Shown here: one piece after another, positions 45,109 through 54,249 of the stretch
Layout of the letters: each line of letters starts with the position of its first letter
Numbering within the stretch: the first letter of the stretch is position 1
Origin: Armatimonadota bacterium
GTDB taxonomy: Bacteria; Armatimonadota; HRBIN16
Direction: 5' to 3'
Length of the DNA stretch: 64,000 bases
Assembly (NCBI GenBank): GCA_963677485.1
Contig: OY781964.1
Coordinates: forward strand, 448,001 to 512,000
Made by a program: the position numbers and the translations under genes
Notes under the pieces: model-generated
Databases searched by the model: none
Told to the model about the DNA's origin: nothing
The model's input: only the letters and a program-made list of their open reading frames with translations

Positions 45109-47129
45109 TTCGTCAATGCTTCCCAAAGATACGGTGTGTATTTCAACCCTTGTTTATCAATGAGACCGGTATGTCCTTCTTGCAGGGTCATGAGTTGGGT
45201 GATGGCGATCGAATCTGCATCATACCGACCATCAAAACTTACCGTGATCGAAAACTCATCACGGCCCGAAAAACCCCAATAACGCCATGTTCTGGCGATT
45301 TTTCTGCCCGATAGCGCGTCGTAAAGGTCATAAGTGATCGAATTCACTTGAACATGCAGGTAACGGTCATCTCTGAAAAACAGCACATTCATACCAGCTT
45401 GAGGAATCGAATGCAGAACCTTGCCCGTAGCCGTATCCCATATACGAACCGTCGCCGCACTATCAAGGCTGACCATACGGTCACTTGATTTTGTAAAGTG
45501 CGCCATCACGATGTCACCTTGGTGTGGATACAGCTTGCTTTTGACCACAGCACTGGGTCTGTCGATGATGAACAACGCAGCGTTTCGTCCGTATTCACTT
45601 GATGATCCCGGTGTGTCGTAACCCGCGAGAGCATACAGTCTTCCGTCAGAACTGAGCTCTACCAGATGAACCTTGGAGGCCATCTTCGGAGTAATGATCA
45701 GTTGACTGTCGGTTAACGCTCTGATCTTGGGAGCCCCGTCTACTGTGCTGGCGATATACTTCGCGTCATTTGACAGACTGATATGCGGAAGCTGCCAGTC
45801 TACTTCAAACTCCGGATAGACCCCAATTTGCTGACGTGTATCGAGGCTATACAGCTTGATTGGGCTTTTGTCAGCCTTCATCGTGATGTAATATTTACCC
45901 ACCAATGCCACATGTTCAGGGCTGTCGTCTCCTATTCTAGGACTGCTTGCAACCGCAAACACGTTTGGCACGACAGGCATCAAGGAGACACCAGGGTAAT
46001 CGTTGTTAGTTTCAGGTAGAAAACTTGGTGGTCTGACGACCAGTTGAGCATGCATCATAGACACAGGCTGCCACTTAAAGGAAATAAGGCTCTGACCGGT
46101 TTCGAAATCAACCAGTGAGGGATTGCTGCCGAACCCAAGTGCCACCTTCCCGGTTCCATCAAAACTGACCAACCCTACCCCAATTTCGAATTTCGAGTTG
46201 AATGGCTTAGAAACCAGCTTGTTGTTTTGAACAGTGACTTTACTGGTGAGTTGATCGGTAGATCCGAATTCCTGGTCTTTCCTCATGGGAATATCAAGCC
46301 ACTGCTCTCTGAACACAATCCCGGCAGGAGAGACACCCTTTATATCCGTGAGCGCGAAACTCTTTTGTGGCTTCAAGTCACATAAACGCCATCGTGCTAA
46401 TCTTTCGCAAGGCATCGCCGCTATGATTTCCTTAGTAGGTGCATAATAGCCAACCATATCATTGTTGGCATTCTCAATGGCGTTCGAGGCCTCGTCGGCC
46501 GGAGCAGGAATCGAACAAACTCGCGTGCTGAGGTCCTTCGGATTCACAACTGCCAGGCTGTGTGCCGTGACGAAACCAGCCCATCTGTTGATACTACGCA
46601 GTGCCGTCATCTGGTAAATCGGCTTTCCAATCGCCTTCTTACGGATCAGCTTGCCGGTCGCACAGTCATGTTGATACAGTTGGCCATCTCCCGTCGCGAT
46701 GATCAAAGATGCCTGGTTGGGCACAAACATGACCGAAGTGATCACCGTCTTCACAGATATTCGCGTCACGGGTCTATGGGCTCGATTATACCAAAGACTG
46801 ACGGTAGAGCGGTTTGCCTGAGCCACCCATTCTCCGTGGTCACTGATGTCAAACGGCGGTGGATTACCCTCTCCGGAGTTGGGTGAGTATATTGCATCCA
46901 TACTCGCTTCGGCTCGAAATCTGGCGATGACCTGCTGTTTATACAGGTCCATGACCGATATCTCGCTATTCAGTCCGACGAACACCGCCGTTTTCCCATC
47001 AGCGGAAAGCCTGTGATACCACCCATCTGGTGTCGTGGTTGGCCCCACCCAGTCCATGGGGTTGACGGGTGCGGCGAGGGCCGACACGGCGGTGCAGAGT
47101 AGCAGTGCGAGGGTAAGCAGTGGACGCAT
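45105..47129 (-). CDS. Secreted WD40/beta-propeller protein, array copy A3
   Basis: Leader MRPLLTLALLLCTAVSALA-APVNPMDWVGP after AGGAG; WD-like repeats (PHQGDIVMAHF, TVRIWDTATGKVL); C-terminal DGRYD...GLKYTP. Confidence 0.8.
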   Translation of the reverse strand: MRPLLTLALLLCTAVSALAAPVNPMDWVGPTTTPDGWYHRLSADGKTAVFVGLNSEISVMDLYKQQVIARFRAEASMDAIYSPNSGEGNPPPFDISDHGEWVAQANRSTVSLWYNRAHRPVTRISVKTVITSVMFVPNQASLIIATGDGQLYQHDCATGKLIRKKAIGKPIYQMTALRSINRWAGFVTAHSLAVVNPKDLSTRVCSIPAPADEASNAIENANNDMVGYYAPTKEIIAAMPCERLARWRLCDLKPQKSFALTDIKGVSPAGIVFREQWLDIPMRKDQEFGSTDQLTSKVTVQNNKLVSKPFNSKFEIGVGLVSFDGTGKVALGFGSNPSLVDFETGQSLISFKWQPVSMMHAQLVVRPPSFLPETNNDYPGVSLMPVVPNVFAVASSPRIGDDSPEHVALVGKYYITMKADKSPIKLYSLDTRQQIGVYPEFEVDWQLPHISLSNDAKYIASTVDGAPKIRALTDSQLIITPKMASKVHLVELSSDGRLYALAGYDTPGSSSEYGRNAALFIIDRPSAVVKSKLYPHQGDIVMAHFTKSSDRMVSLDSAATVRIWDTATGKVLHSIPQAGMNVLFFRDDRYLHVQVNSITYDLYDALSGRKIARTWRYWGFSGRDEFSITVSFDGRYDADSIAITQLMTLQEGHTGLIDKQGLKYTPYLWEALTK

Positions 47130-47130
47130 A
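47041..47130 (-). repeat. Conserved ~90-bp GC-rich 5' block of the A genes (copy 3)
   Basis: GGCCCCACCCAGTCCATGGGGTTGACGGGTGC...GAGGGTAAGCAGTGGACGCATA, shared with 49931-50029 and 52793-52891. Confidence 0.85.
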
Positions 47131-47170
47131 GGGTGCGGTCTCCTGGCTAAATCGGTGATATGTTGTTTGG

Positions 47171-48058
47171 TCATGGTTGTTTCCATACGTAGATTGTCTT
47201 TTGGCTGGCGATGTCTACCACTGAAAGCTCGGTGTCATGAAGCACGATCAACCTGGTACCGCTGGAGTTGGGCTTTAGCACGCTGAGTGGCTTTTGGACC
47301 CAACCGAGCGGTGTTCGGGTACCGGATTGTTGATCAAGCATATATGGCCCCTGCTCATCGAGGCGGCAGACGTATCTCAGGTGCTGTTTGATGTTGACGT
47401 CCTTGGGCAGCAGCAGAGGTTCTACCGCGTCTCCTATCCGTGCCTGTAGTAGCTGCTGCTCGCTCATCATACCTGTGACATTATCTTTGGCAATGTCCCA
47501 GATCACATACCCGTAGTGGGTATCGAACCCGTAGAATATATTCGGATCACTCTTGTCGAAGTTAAGCGCCCAGAACCCCGTTTTGAAACTTATTTGGTAG
47601 ACCAAATTGCCAGTTTCCAGGTCATATATACCGCTCCCTGCCTTTGAATTGACGATGGCACGGAGACCGGAGGTGTTGATCGCAGCAACTGTGGTATTCT
47701 CTGCATTAATGCTGAACTGTTTGCTTGTGCGCGTGGTGGTATCGATCCATCTCACTCCCGAGTATGATTGTGTAATGAGCTTTGTGCCGTCTGCGCATGG
47801 CCATACAGCATTGTAGTTGCTGTCGCTATCGACCTTTGTAATGATTCCTGTGTCGATGTTGATCAGCAGGCAATCACCCTTAGGGGCAAAGAATATGGAA
47901 TGACCATCGTCAGCCCATGCTGCATCGGTCGATACATATGTTCTGAACCCGGAATCATAAAACAGTTTATCATCTGGGAATACAACCTGCGCCATGCAGG
48001 TTGAGACTAGCGAAACCAATACAAGGCTAGTGATAAATGGCAATATTAATCTAGCCAT
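47171..48058 (-). CDS. Secreted small beta-propeller-like protein, array copy B2
   Basis: Signal peptide MARLILPFITSLVLVSLVSTCMA; paralog of B1 (GIYDLE, PYMLDQQSGT, GTRLI, LSVVDIASQKTIY). Confidence 0.75.
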   Translation of the reverse strand: MARLILPFITSLVLVSLVSTCMAQVVFPDDKLFYDSGFRTYVSTDAAWADDGHSIFFAPKGDCLLINIDTGIITKVDSDSNYNAVWPCADGTKLITQSYSGVRWIDTTTRTSKQFSINAENTTVAAINTSGLRAIVNSKAGSGIYDLETGNLVYQISFKTGFWALNFDKSDPNIFYGFDTHYGYVIWDIAKDNVTGMMSEQQLLQARIGDAVEPLLLPKDVNIKQHLRYVCRLDEQGPYMLDQQSGTRTPLGWVQKPLSVLKPNSSGTRLIVLHDTELSVVDIASQKTIYVWKQP

Positions 48059-50028
48059 TTGACCAGCTCCTTTGATAGATTCGGTGTGTATTTCAGGCCT
48101 TGATCCTTGATGTATCCAACTTGCCCGTTGCCCAATACCCACAGTTGCTTCAAAAGCTCAGCACTGCCATCATACCGACCGTCGCTGCTGATGATCACAG
48201 TATCACCCGCTGGTTGCCATATGCGGGCTAACCGCTTGGCTGATGAAGCATCGTATAGGTCATAGCTAATTGAATCGACTTGGACGAGTATGCGTCGGTC
48301 ATCGGCGCAGTAAATGGCGTTGATACCGGCTTGCAGGAGCGTACGCAGTGGTTTGCCAGTCGAAAGGTCCCAAATGCGAAGCGTTTTCGCCTCGTCCAGA
48401 CTGATCAAGCGGTTTCCTGCGATATTGAACTGGGTAACGATCACCCGCCCTTGATGCGGGAACAGCTTCTGTTTGAATTTGTTACTCCCCGGTTCAGCAA
48501 GGAACAGTGTAGAACCCCGGCCATATGCATCTATAGGAGCAGGCGGCATGTCATAACCGCCCATGGCTACCATCTTGCCATTTGGACTAACTACCATCAT
48601 ATCAATTATAGATAGAGGCTTTGGTAACAGCTCATCTTTATGTAACTGAACATTCCATAGAAATGAACTTGCTGCGTCCCTGAACGCGAAATACCGACCA
48701 TCATAACTCATGCTGTTTATAGTAATCTGCCTGAAGAAGCGGTCGAACTTGAAGGTGCCGAGGAGCTTTTGAGGCTCGATCGAATACGTCATCAGCTCAC
48801 TGTTCTTACTATCAACATACAGATAGTTGGCCCCACCAACGCCAACCATGAGGGTGTTATCAGAACTAGATTCACCGTCACTCCCACTCGTCGACATCTG
48901 AAACACATCATTGAAAACCTGCGAGAACGAGGCATGAGGGTAGTTGATCTCCTTCTTACTGACCAATGCGGCAGGCAGGGTGACCAGCTTACTAAAGCCT
49001 CCATCTGGCGTTTCCGAAATTGAGAAGACTATTTTACCTGTAGCCATACTGACAGCTTGCAGTGGGGCCTCAGGGACTAACATGAGATCACCATTCCCGC
49101 TAAACCGCACATACCTAGGGCTTAAATTGGGTGGGGTGGTGACACTTATTGGTTTAAGCTCGTTGTCCCGAAATGCCAGTTTAAAGTCCTTTCCTGTGAC
49201 CACTACCCCCTTAGGTGATACTCCTTTGACCTCGTCTGTTAATCGCTTGAAGGGCAGCACAGGTTTGAAGCCGTCAGCCTTCCAGCGAGCTAGAAAACCG
49301 GACGGTATAGCAGCCACTATCTCTTTGGTAAGGGCGTTGTAACCTATATACTCACCAACCGAACTTTGCGTATAGTGTCGGTCATCTTCATCTACTACTG
49401 TGTATGTTTGAACGTTCAGCTCATCAGCACTGATGAGAACCATAGTGTCATATCCCGTTATACCTGCCCATTTTCCGCATTCTGGAAGCGCGACCAGTGA
49501 GGTTAAGGGATACCCAGTTTGCTTCGATCGGGTGGGCTTGCCTGTGACCACATCAAATTCAGACAGCAGCCCATCTTCATAGGAGACCACCAGCTTTGAA
49601 GAATTTAACGGAAACAGCATAGAGACTATGGGGCAATCCGAAGGTATAAGCTGCGGTGAGCGGGTTCCTGTTGTGCTGTAAACATAGATACCTGTGTGAG
49701 TACACATGGCCACCCATTCACCATGTGAGCTGATAGCCATGGCACTGTCAGACCGTCCTCTGGAACTCGTCGCTGTGACATTTTCGGCAGTGGCTTCCGG
49801 CAAGTAGCGAGCGATGATCTGCTTGTCAGCCAGCCTGAGTACCACGTACTCGTCGGTAAATGAGCCCAATATAGCTGTTTTCCCGTCTGCCGAGAGCTTA
49901 GCGTCAGGATAAATCGCGCTATATGTTGTCGGCCCCACCCAGTCCATAGGGTTGACGGGTGCTGCGGGAGCGCCGAGGGCCGACGCGGCGGCGCAGAGCA
50001 GCACGGCGAGGGTGAGCAGTGGACGCAT
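48046..50028 (-). CDS. Secreted WD40/beta-propeller protein, array copy A2
   Basis: MRPLLTLAVLLCAAASALGAPAAPVNPMDWVGP; LFPHQG, TLRIWDLSTGKPL, DGRYDG and GLKYTP. Confidence 0.8.
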   Translation of the reverse strand: MRPLLTLAVLLCAAASALGAPAAPVNPMDWVGPTTYSAIYPDAKLSADGKTAILGSFTDEYVVLRLADKQIIARYLPEATAENVTATSSRGRSDSAMAISSHGEWVAMCTHTGIYVYSTTGTRSPQLIPSDCPIVSMLFPLNSSKLVVSYEDGLLSEFDVVTGKPTRSKQTGYPLTSLVALPECGKWAGITGYDTMVLISADELNVQTYTVVDEDDRHYTQSSVGEYIGYNALTKEIVAAIPSGFLARWKADGFKPVLPFKRLTDEVKGVSPKGVVVTGKDFKLAFRDNELKPISVTTPPNLSPRYVRFSGNGDLMLVPEAPLQAVSMATGKIVFSISETPDGGFSKLVTLPAALVSKKEINYPHASFSQVFNDVFQMSTSGSDGESSSDNTLMVGVGGANYLYVDSKNSELMTYSIEPQKLLGTFKFDRFFRQITINSMSYDGRYFAFRDAASSFLWNVQLHKDELLPKPLSIIDMMVVSPNGKMVAMGGYDMPPAPIDAYGRGSTLFLAEPGSNKFKQKLFPHQGRVIVTQFNIAGNRLISLDEAKTLRIWDLSTGKPLRTLLQAGINAIYCADDRRILVQVDSISYDLYDASSAKRLARIWQPAGDTVIISSDGRYDGSAELLKQLWVLGNGQVGYIKDQGLKYTPNLSKELVKWLD

Positions 50029-50029
50029 A
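49931..50029 (-). repeat. Conserved GC-rich 5' block of the A genes (copy 2)
   Basis: Near-identical to 47041-47130 and 52793-52891. Confidence 0.85.
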
Positions 50030-50054
50030 CTAGTTCTCCTTGGTATGTGATATC

Positions 50055-50960
50055 TCACTGTGTTGGCTTTTGGAGTTTCATGCGGTAGATTGTCTTCTTG
50101 CTTGCGATGTCTAACACTGATAGCTCTTTTTCGGTCAATGTGATCAGCCGCGTTCCATTGGGGCTGGGCTCAATGAACCCGGTGTCACGGCTTAGTGGTG
50201 GGAGAGGTTTTTTCGTACCGGTCTGTTGATCTAACAAATAAGGAGCATCATCAACTATCCGGTAGATGAATCGAAAATGACTGGTGCGGTTTTTGATTCT
50301 CTCTACGAGGAGAGTTCGGTAGGTTTCCATGTCCATATTGTCGAGAGAATAATACAGAGCTTTCCTGTCCAGAATTTTGACGATGCTGCCTGTCTCGATA
50401 TTCCAACTCACCTTACCGTAGTGTTCATCAATACCTGTCACGATGTTTGCGGCAGTAGGGTCAAAACTGGCAGCACGAAAGCCTGCAGATGGGTTGATGC
50501 GTTTTATGAGTGTCATGTTCTCCAGGTTATAGATACAACTGCCTTCGGACGTAGTGATGATCGCTCTTTTCCCATTTTTGTCTATCGCCGTAAGCCCAGG
50601 TTGGGTGGATGGGGTTCCCAACGGCTTCAGACTCCAGTCTTGAACACACAGCATCCATACGCCGTAAATCCCTTCTGCGATGATGTATTGATTGTCATCG
50701 CATCGGACGGCCGAAAGCAGTTGCGGGATGGTCGGTAATGGTTGCGTCACTCCGGTATTCACATCGACCAGCGTCGTACGACCGTTCTGTGACACAAGTA
50801 TTGTATGGTCTCCAACCGCCCATGTAGCACAAATCTGGTCTGAGTATTGCATCGTGACTACACACATAGGAAATGGCGTGTAATCCTTGCATAAACCATA
50901 CTTGCAAGTGATGAGTATAATGGCAGCACATGCCAATGCGATCTTCTGTAAATGTGTCAT
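50055..50960 (-). CDS. Secreted small beta-propeller-like protein, array copy B1
   Basis: ATGA overlap with the A1 stop; hydrophobic leader; PYLLDQQTGT, GTRLI and LSVLDIASKKTIY. Confidence 0.75.
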   Translation of the reverse strand: MTHLQKIALACAAIILITCKYGLCKDYTPFPMCVVTMQYSDQICATWAVGDHTILVSQNGRTTLVDVNTGVTQPLPTIPQLLSAVRCDDNQYIIAEGIYGVWMLCVQDWSLKPLGTPSTQPGLTAIDKNGKRAIITTSEGSCIYNLENMTLIKRINPSAGFRAASFDPTAANIVTGIDEHYGKVSWNIETGSIVKILDRKALYYSLDNMDMETYRTLLVERIKNRTSHFRFIYRIVDDAPYLLDQQTGTKKPLPPLSRDTGFIEPSPNGTRLITLTEKELSVLDIASKKTIYRMKLQKPTQ

Positions 50961-52890
50961 CGTGATAATGCTCCCCATAGTCCAGGTGTATAGAGTAAGC
51001 CGCTTTTAGAAAGGGTGCCGGCACGCCCCTGTTCGAACGTCCATATCTGTTTGTCCCGCAGGTTCAGAGTGCCATCGTATCGGCCATCGACAGAAACTGT
51101 GGCGTAATCCTTGTAAGTACGCCAGGTTCGTGCCAAGTACTTTCCTGTAGTGGCATCTAACAGATCGTAAGCAACGGCGTTCGCACGGACAAATATACGC
51201 CTGTCATTCATGCAAAAGTAGGCGTCTATACCCGCATTCAGGATAGTGAACAGGAGCTTACCTGAGGTAGTATCCCACATGCGCAGGGTGTTGGCTTCGT
51301 CGATGCTTATCAGTCGAGTGCCGTTAAGGTTAAATTGGAGTGCTAGCACATATCCTTGATGGGGAAACAGTTTGCGAATCACCTTCGTACTGCCCGATTT
51401 GGCGATAAATATCGTGGATCCTCGACCGTATTCATCTAGTGGAGGAGCTGGGAAGTCAAACCCAGCCATGGCGATCAACCGGCATCTGGACTGATTTTAC
51501 CATTGTTGATTGTAGATGCGATGTCGGGAACCGGCCGATATTTGCCACTCTTCAGATTGCGCAACGCGAATCGTTTGCTGCGTATGTCTACGAGCAACCG
51601 CGCATCATCACTCATGCTGAGACGTCGATCGAATTCACGGAACTTAGTGTAATATTCACTACTAGGATACTTCCTGATCTGCTTACCGGTGGTAATGTCT
51701 CGCAGTATGAGTTGTCCATCATTAGCTTGAGACACAGTGTATTTGCCTGCTGTAGCGTCGAGGTCTCCACCAGCATTGACTGTGTATAGGCCCGGTATTA
51801 CCTGTCGGTAACTACTGCGTATAGAAGGATGAATCTTGATTCCGTTGGTTACGGTAGAGAAACCCAGGTTATAACCATGCAATTCTTTATCAGAAACCCA
51901 ACGAATGTTGAGGTTTTTGATGTCGACCATTACAGGATAGAAAGATCCGACAAGGGCGAAATCGCCGTTTACGCTAGCGCTGATATTTATGGTTGGTATT
52001 GCATCATTTGAACGTTTGAGCAGTTTCAAGTTGGTATCACGTATACTGAGCCTGTAATCCTCATCGGTAATTACATGTCCGGTAGATGTGATACTTTTGA
52101 TATCAATTTTGCTTGGTTCCGCGCTGTCCAGCTCCATTTTGGGCATCTTCCACCGCGCCAGTATACCTGAGGGTAAAAATGCGCTGAGGAGAAGCTGCTG
52201 CTTGTCATACCCAATAAACGAACCATGCCCCGAGGTTATTATCGATGGGCTGGCGGAGGACTTGGTTTCTAAGTATGACAACGAATAGTCTGTCGGATCA
52301 ATAAGCACTATCGCATTCTGCTTCACGATACCCGCTAGTTTTCCTAAATCGGTTAGCATCGAGAGGCAGTATACGGCTTGCCCTATCTGCGTCTCTTTGA
52401 CCATCTGACCCGAACCACAGTCGTATTCATTGAGAGCACCACCCGTTGTGGCCACCAGCAGATGGTTTGTGCCCGGAACGAATAGTATGGACGCAACTGA
52501 GGTATTGGGTCTGATGTGTTGCACAGGTTGTCCTGTCAGCCTGTTCCACCATAATACCGAATCGCCACTGTTCAGGGCTAGATATTCACCATGTCCGCTT
52601 AAGCACATGGCCGGGCCATATGGACCGAACCTCATGACGCGCGTTCCATTGTCAAAACCAGATAGGACATAGCGGTTAATGATCCGAAGTTGAGGAATGT
52701 CCATGATATCGACCACGCCGTGTTCATTATAGAGAGCCGCGATTAAGCCATCATCGGAGATAGCTGAACTGTGTACCATCTCAGGCGAACCTGGCCCCAC
52801 CCAGTCCATGGGGTTTACGGGTGCGGCGGGTGCCGCAAGCACCGATACGGCGGCGCAGAGCAGCAGCGCGAGGGTGAGCAGTGGACGCAT
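50957..52890 (-). pseudogene. Beta-propeller array copy A1, split by a single-base frameshift near 51480
   Basis: ORFs 51475..52890 and 50957..51478 match the N- and C-terminal parts of A2/A3. Restoring one G in GAT GCC GGT TGA gives GAT GGC CGG TTG ATC GCC ATG (SPDGRLIAMAGFD), matching A2 SPNGKMVAMGGYD. Confidence 0.8.
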
Positions 52891-52891
52891 A
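52793..52891 (-). repeat. Conserved GC-rich 5' block of the A genes (copy 1)
   Basis: Near-identical to the other two copies; RBS AAGGAG upstream. Confidence 0.85.
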
Positions 52892-53198
52892 CACATTCTC
52901 CTTCGGTCAGTTCATAACATCACTGTAACGTCATTATACGCCTGCAATGCAATTGGTTTCCAACATAAATCCCCTGCAAACAAGGGTAATTCAACTCCAT
53001 TTTCCATTGATCTCACTCCCTGTGACGAGACACGGTAAAACGGTGTCGAATCCCGGCCGTGTCGCCCTATCCATCACACCGGCGATTCGCTATACTGTTA
53101 GGTGTAATTACCAGCACTAATGTATGCCGCTTGTGTTGCGCTAACACTTCGGCTTTCATCATCCCGATCACCCAACATATTCATAAGGTGGAATAGAC

Positions 53199-54146
53199 AT
53201 GGCACTGCAAAACTTTGAGCAAAAGACCCTGAAGATTCGTGAAGACTACCTGGCCGCAAAGAAGGCTAACCCCGCACGGTTTGAAGCCAAGCTGAACCTC
53301 TCCTGGAGCAACTGGGGATTCGGCATGGAGAAGCTGGAGGTTTCGGCCAAACGGCTGGCTGACAACGGCATCCCCTTCATCGAGCTGCACGGCAACCGCT
53401 ACGGCGCGGATCTTGGCTATAAGGCCAAAGAGACTCAGATGATTCTGGATGACCACGGCGTGAAAGTGGGCGGCATCTGCGGCATGTTCAGTGCACAGTG
53501 CGACATGGCAAGTAACATCTCCATCATCCGCCAGACCGCCATCGACTATATCCGCCGCAACGTCGACCTCGCCCAGGAGATGGGTGGGAAGTATATCCTC
53601 ATCGTGCCTGGCGCTGTGGGTCGTCCCGGCGTGATCGACGACATGGAAGTGGACCGCTCACTTGAGACACTGGCGTTGGTCGCCGATGTGCTGACTGATG
53701 CTGGCGTGAGAGGGGCCATCGAGCCCATCCGATCCGCCGAGACCAGCATCATCCATTCTTTCGCAGAGGCCAAAGACTACATCAAACGGCTGAACCACCC
53801 GGGTGTGCAGCATATCAACGGCGACGCCTACCACATGCTGGTGGAGGAGAGCCACATCCCCGAGGCCATCGTCAACGCTGGATCGATGCTGACGAACCTT
53901 CACCTGGCCGATACCAACCGGTGCGCACTGGGTGATGGTTCCCTCGACGTGGACACGCTGATAATGGCACTCTACCTTATTGGTTATAACAACGAGTGGT
54001 GCTACGCCACTCCGGAGCCGCTTGGCCCCGGCGGCGATCCATACCCCGCCATGTATGGCAAGCCCGATCCCAAGTTCCTCGACGCGCTGGTGGCGGACAC
54101 CGCCCGCTGCTGGTATGAGCGCGAGGCGTATGTGCGTAGCCTATAG
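53199..54146 (+). CDS. Sugar phosphate isomerase/epimerase (D-tagatose/D-psicose 3-epimerase-like TIM barrel)
   Basis: IELHG, AIEPIRSAET, GDAYHM, HLADTNR, GDGSLD and PEP, i.e. the E/D/H/E metal ligands. Confidence 0.85.
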   Translation: MALQNFEQKTLKIREDYLAAKKANPARFEAKLNLSWSNWGFGMEKLEVSAKRLADNGIPFIELHGNRYGADLGYKAKETQMILDDHGVKVGGICGMFSAQCDMASNISIIRQTAIDYIRRNVDLAQEMGGKYILIVPGAVGRPGVIDDMEVDRSLETLALVADVLTDAGVRGAIEPIRSAETSIIHSFAEAKDYIKRLNHPGVQHINGDAYHMLVEESHIPEAIVNAGSMLTNLHLADTNRCALGDGSLDVDTLIMALYLIGYNNEWCYATPEPLGPGGDPYPAMYGKPDPKFLDALVADTARCWYEREAYVRSL

Positions 54147-54249
54147 TCAATCAGGCCGCTAATGCGGTCAGTAGTGGTGGGGTTAGTCATCGGATCGCCA
54201 GTCGGTCTGGCTGCCCCACCCTCTTAGCATCCATCTGGGAGATTTGGAA

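Noticed and set aside
51475-51477. Selenocysteine read-through of the TGA ending the A1 N-terminal ORF
   Set aside because: The homologous continuation is in a different frame, so a one-base indel explains it.
45037-52891. Diversity-generating retroelement or invertase shufflon as the cause of the array
   Set aside because: No reverse transcriptase or recombinase gene is in the window, I saw no adenine-specific TR/VR pair, and all repeats are in direct orientation.
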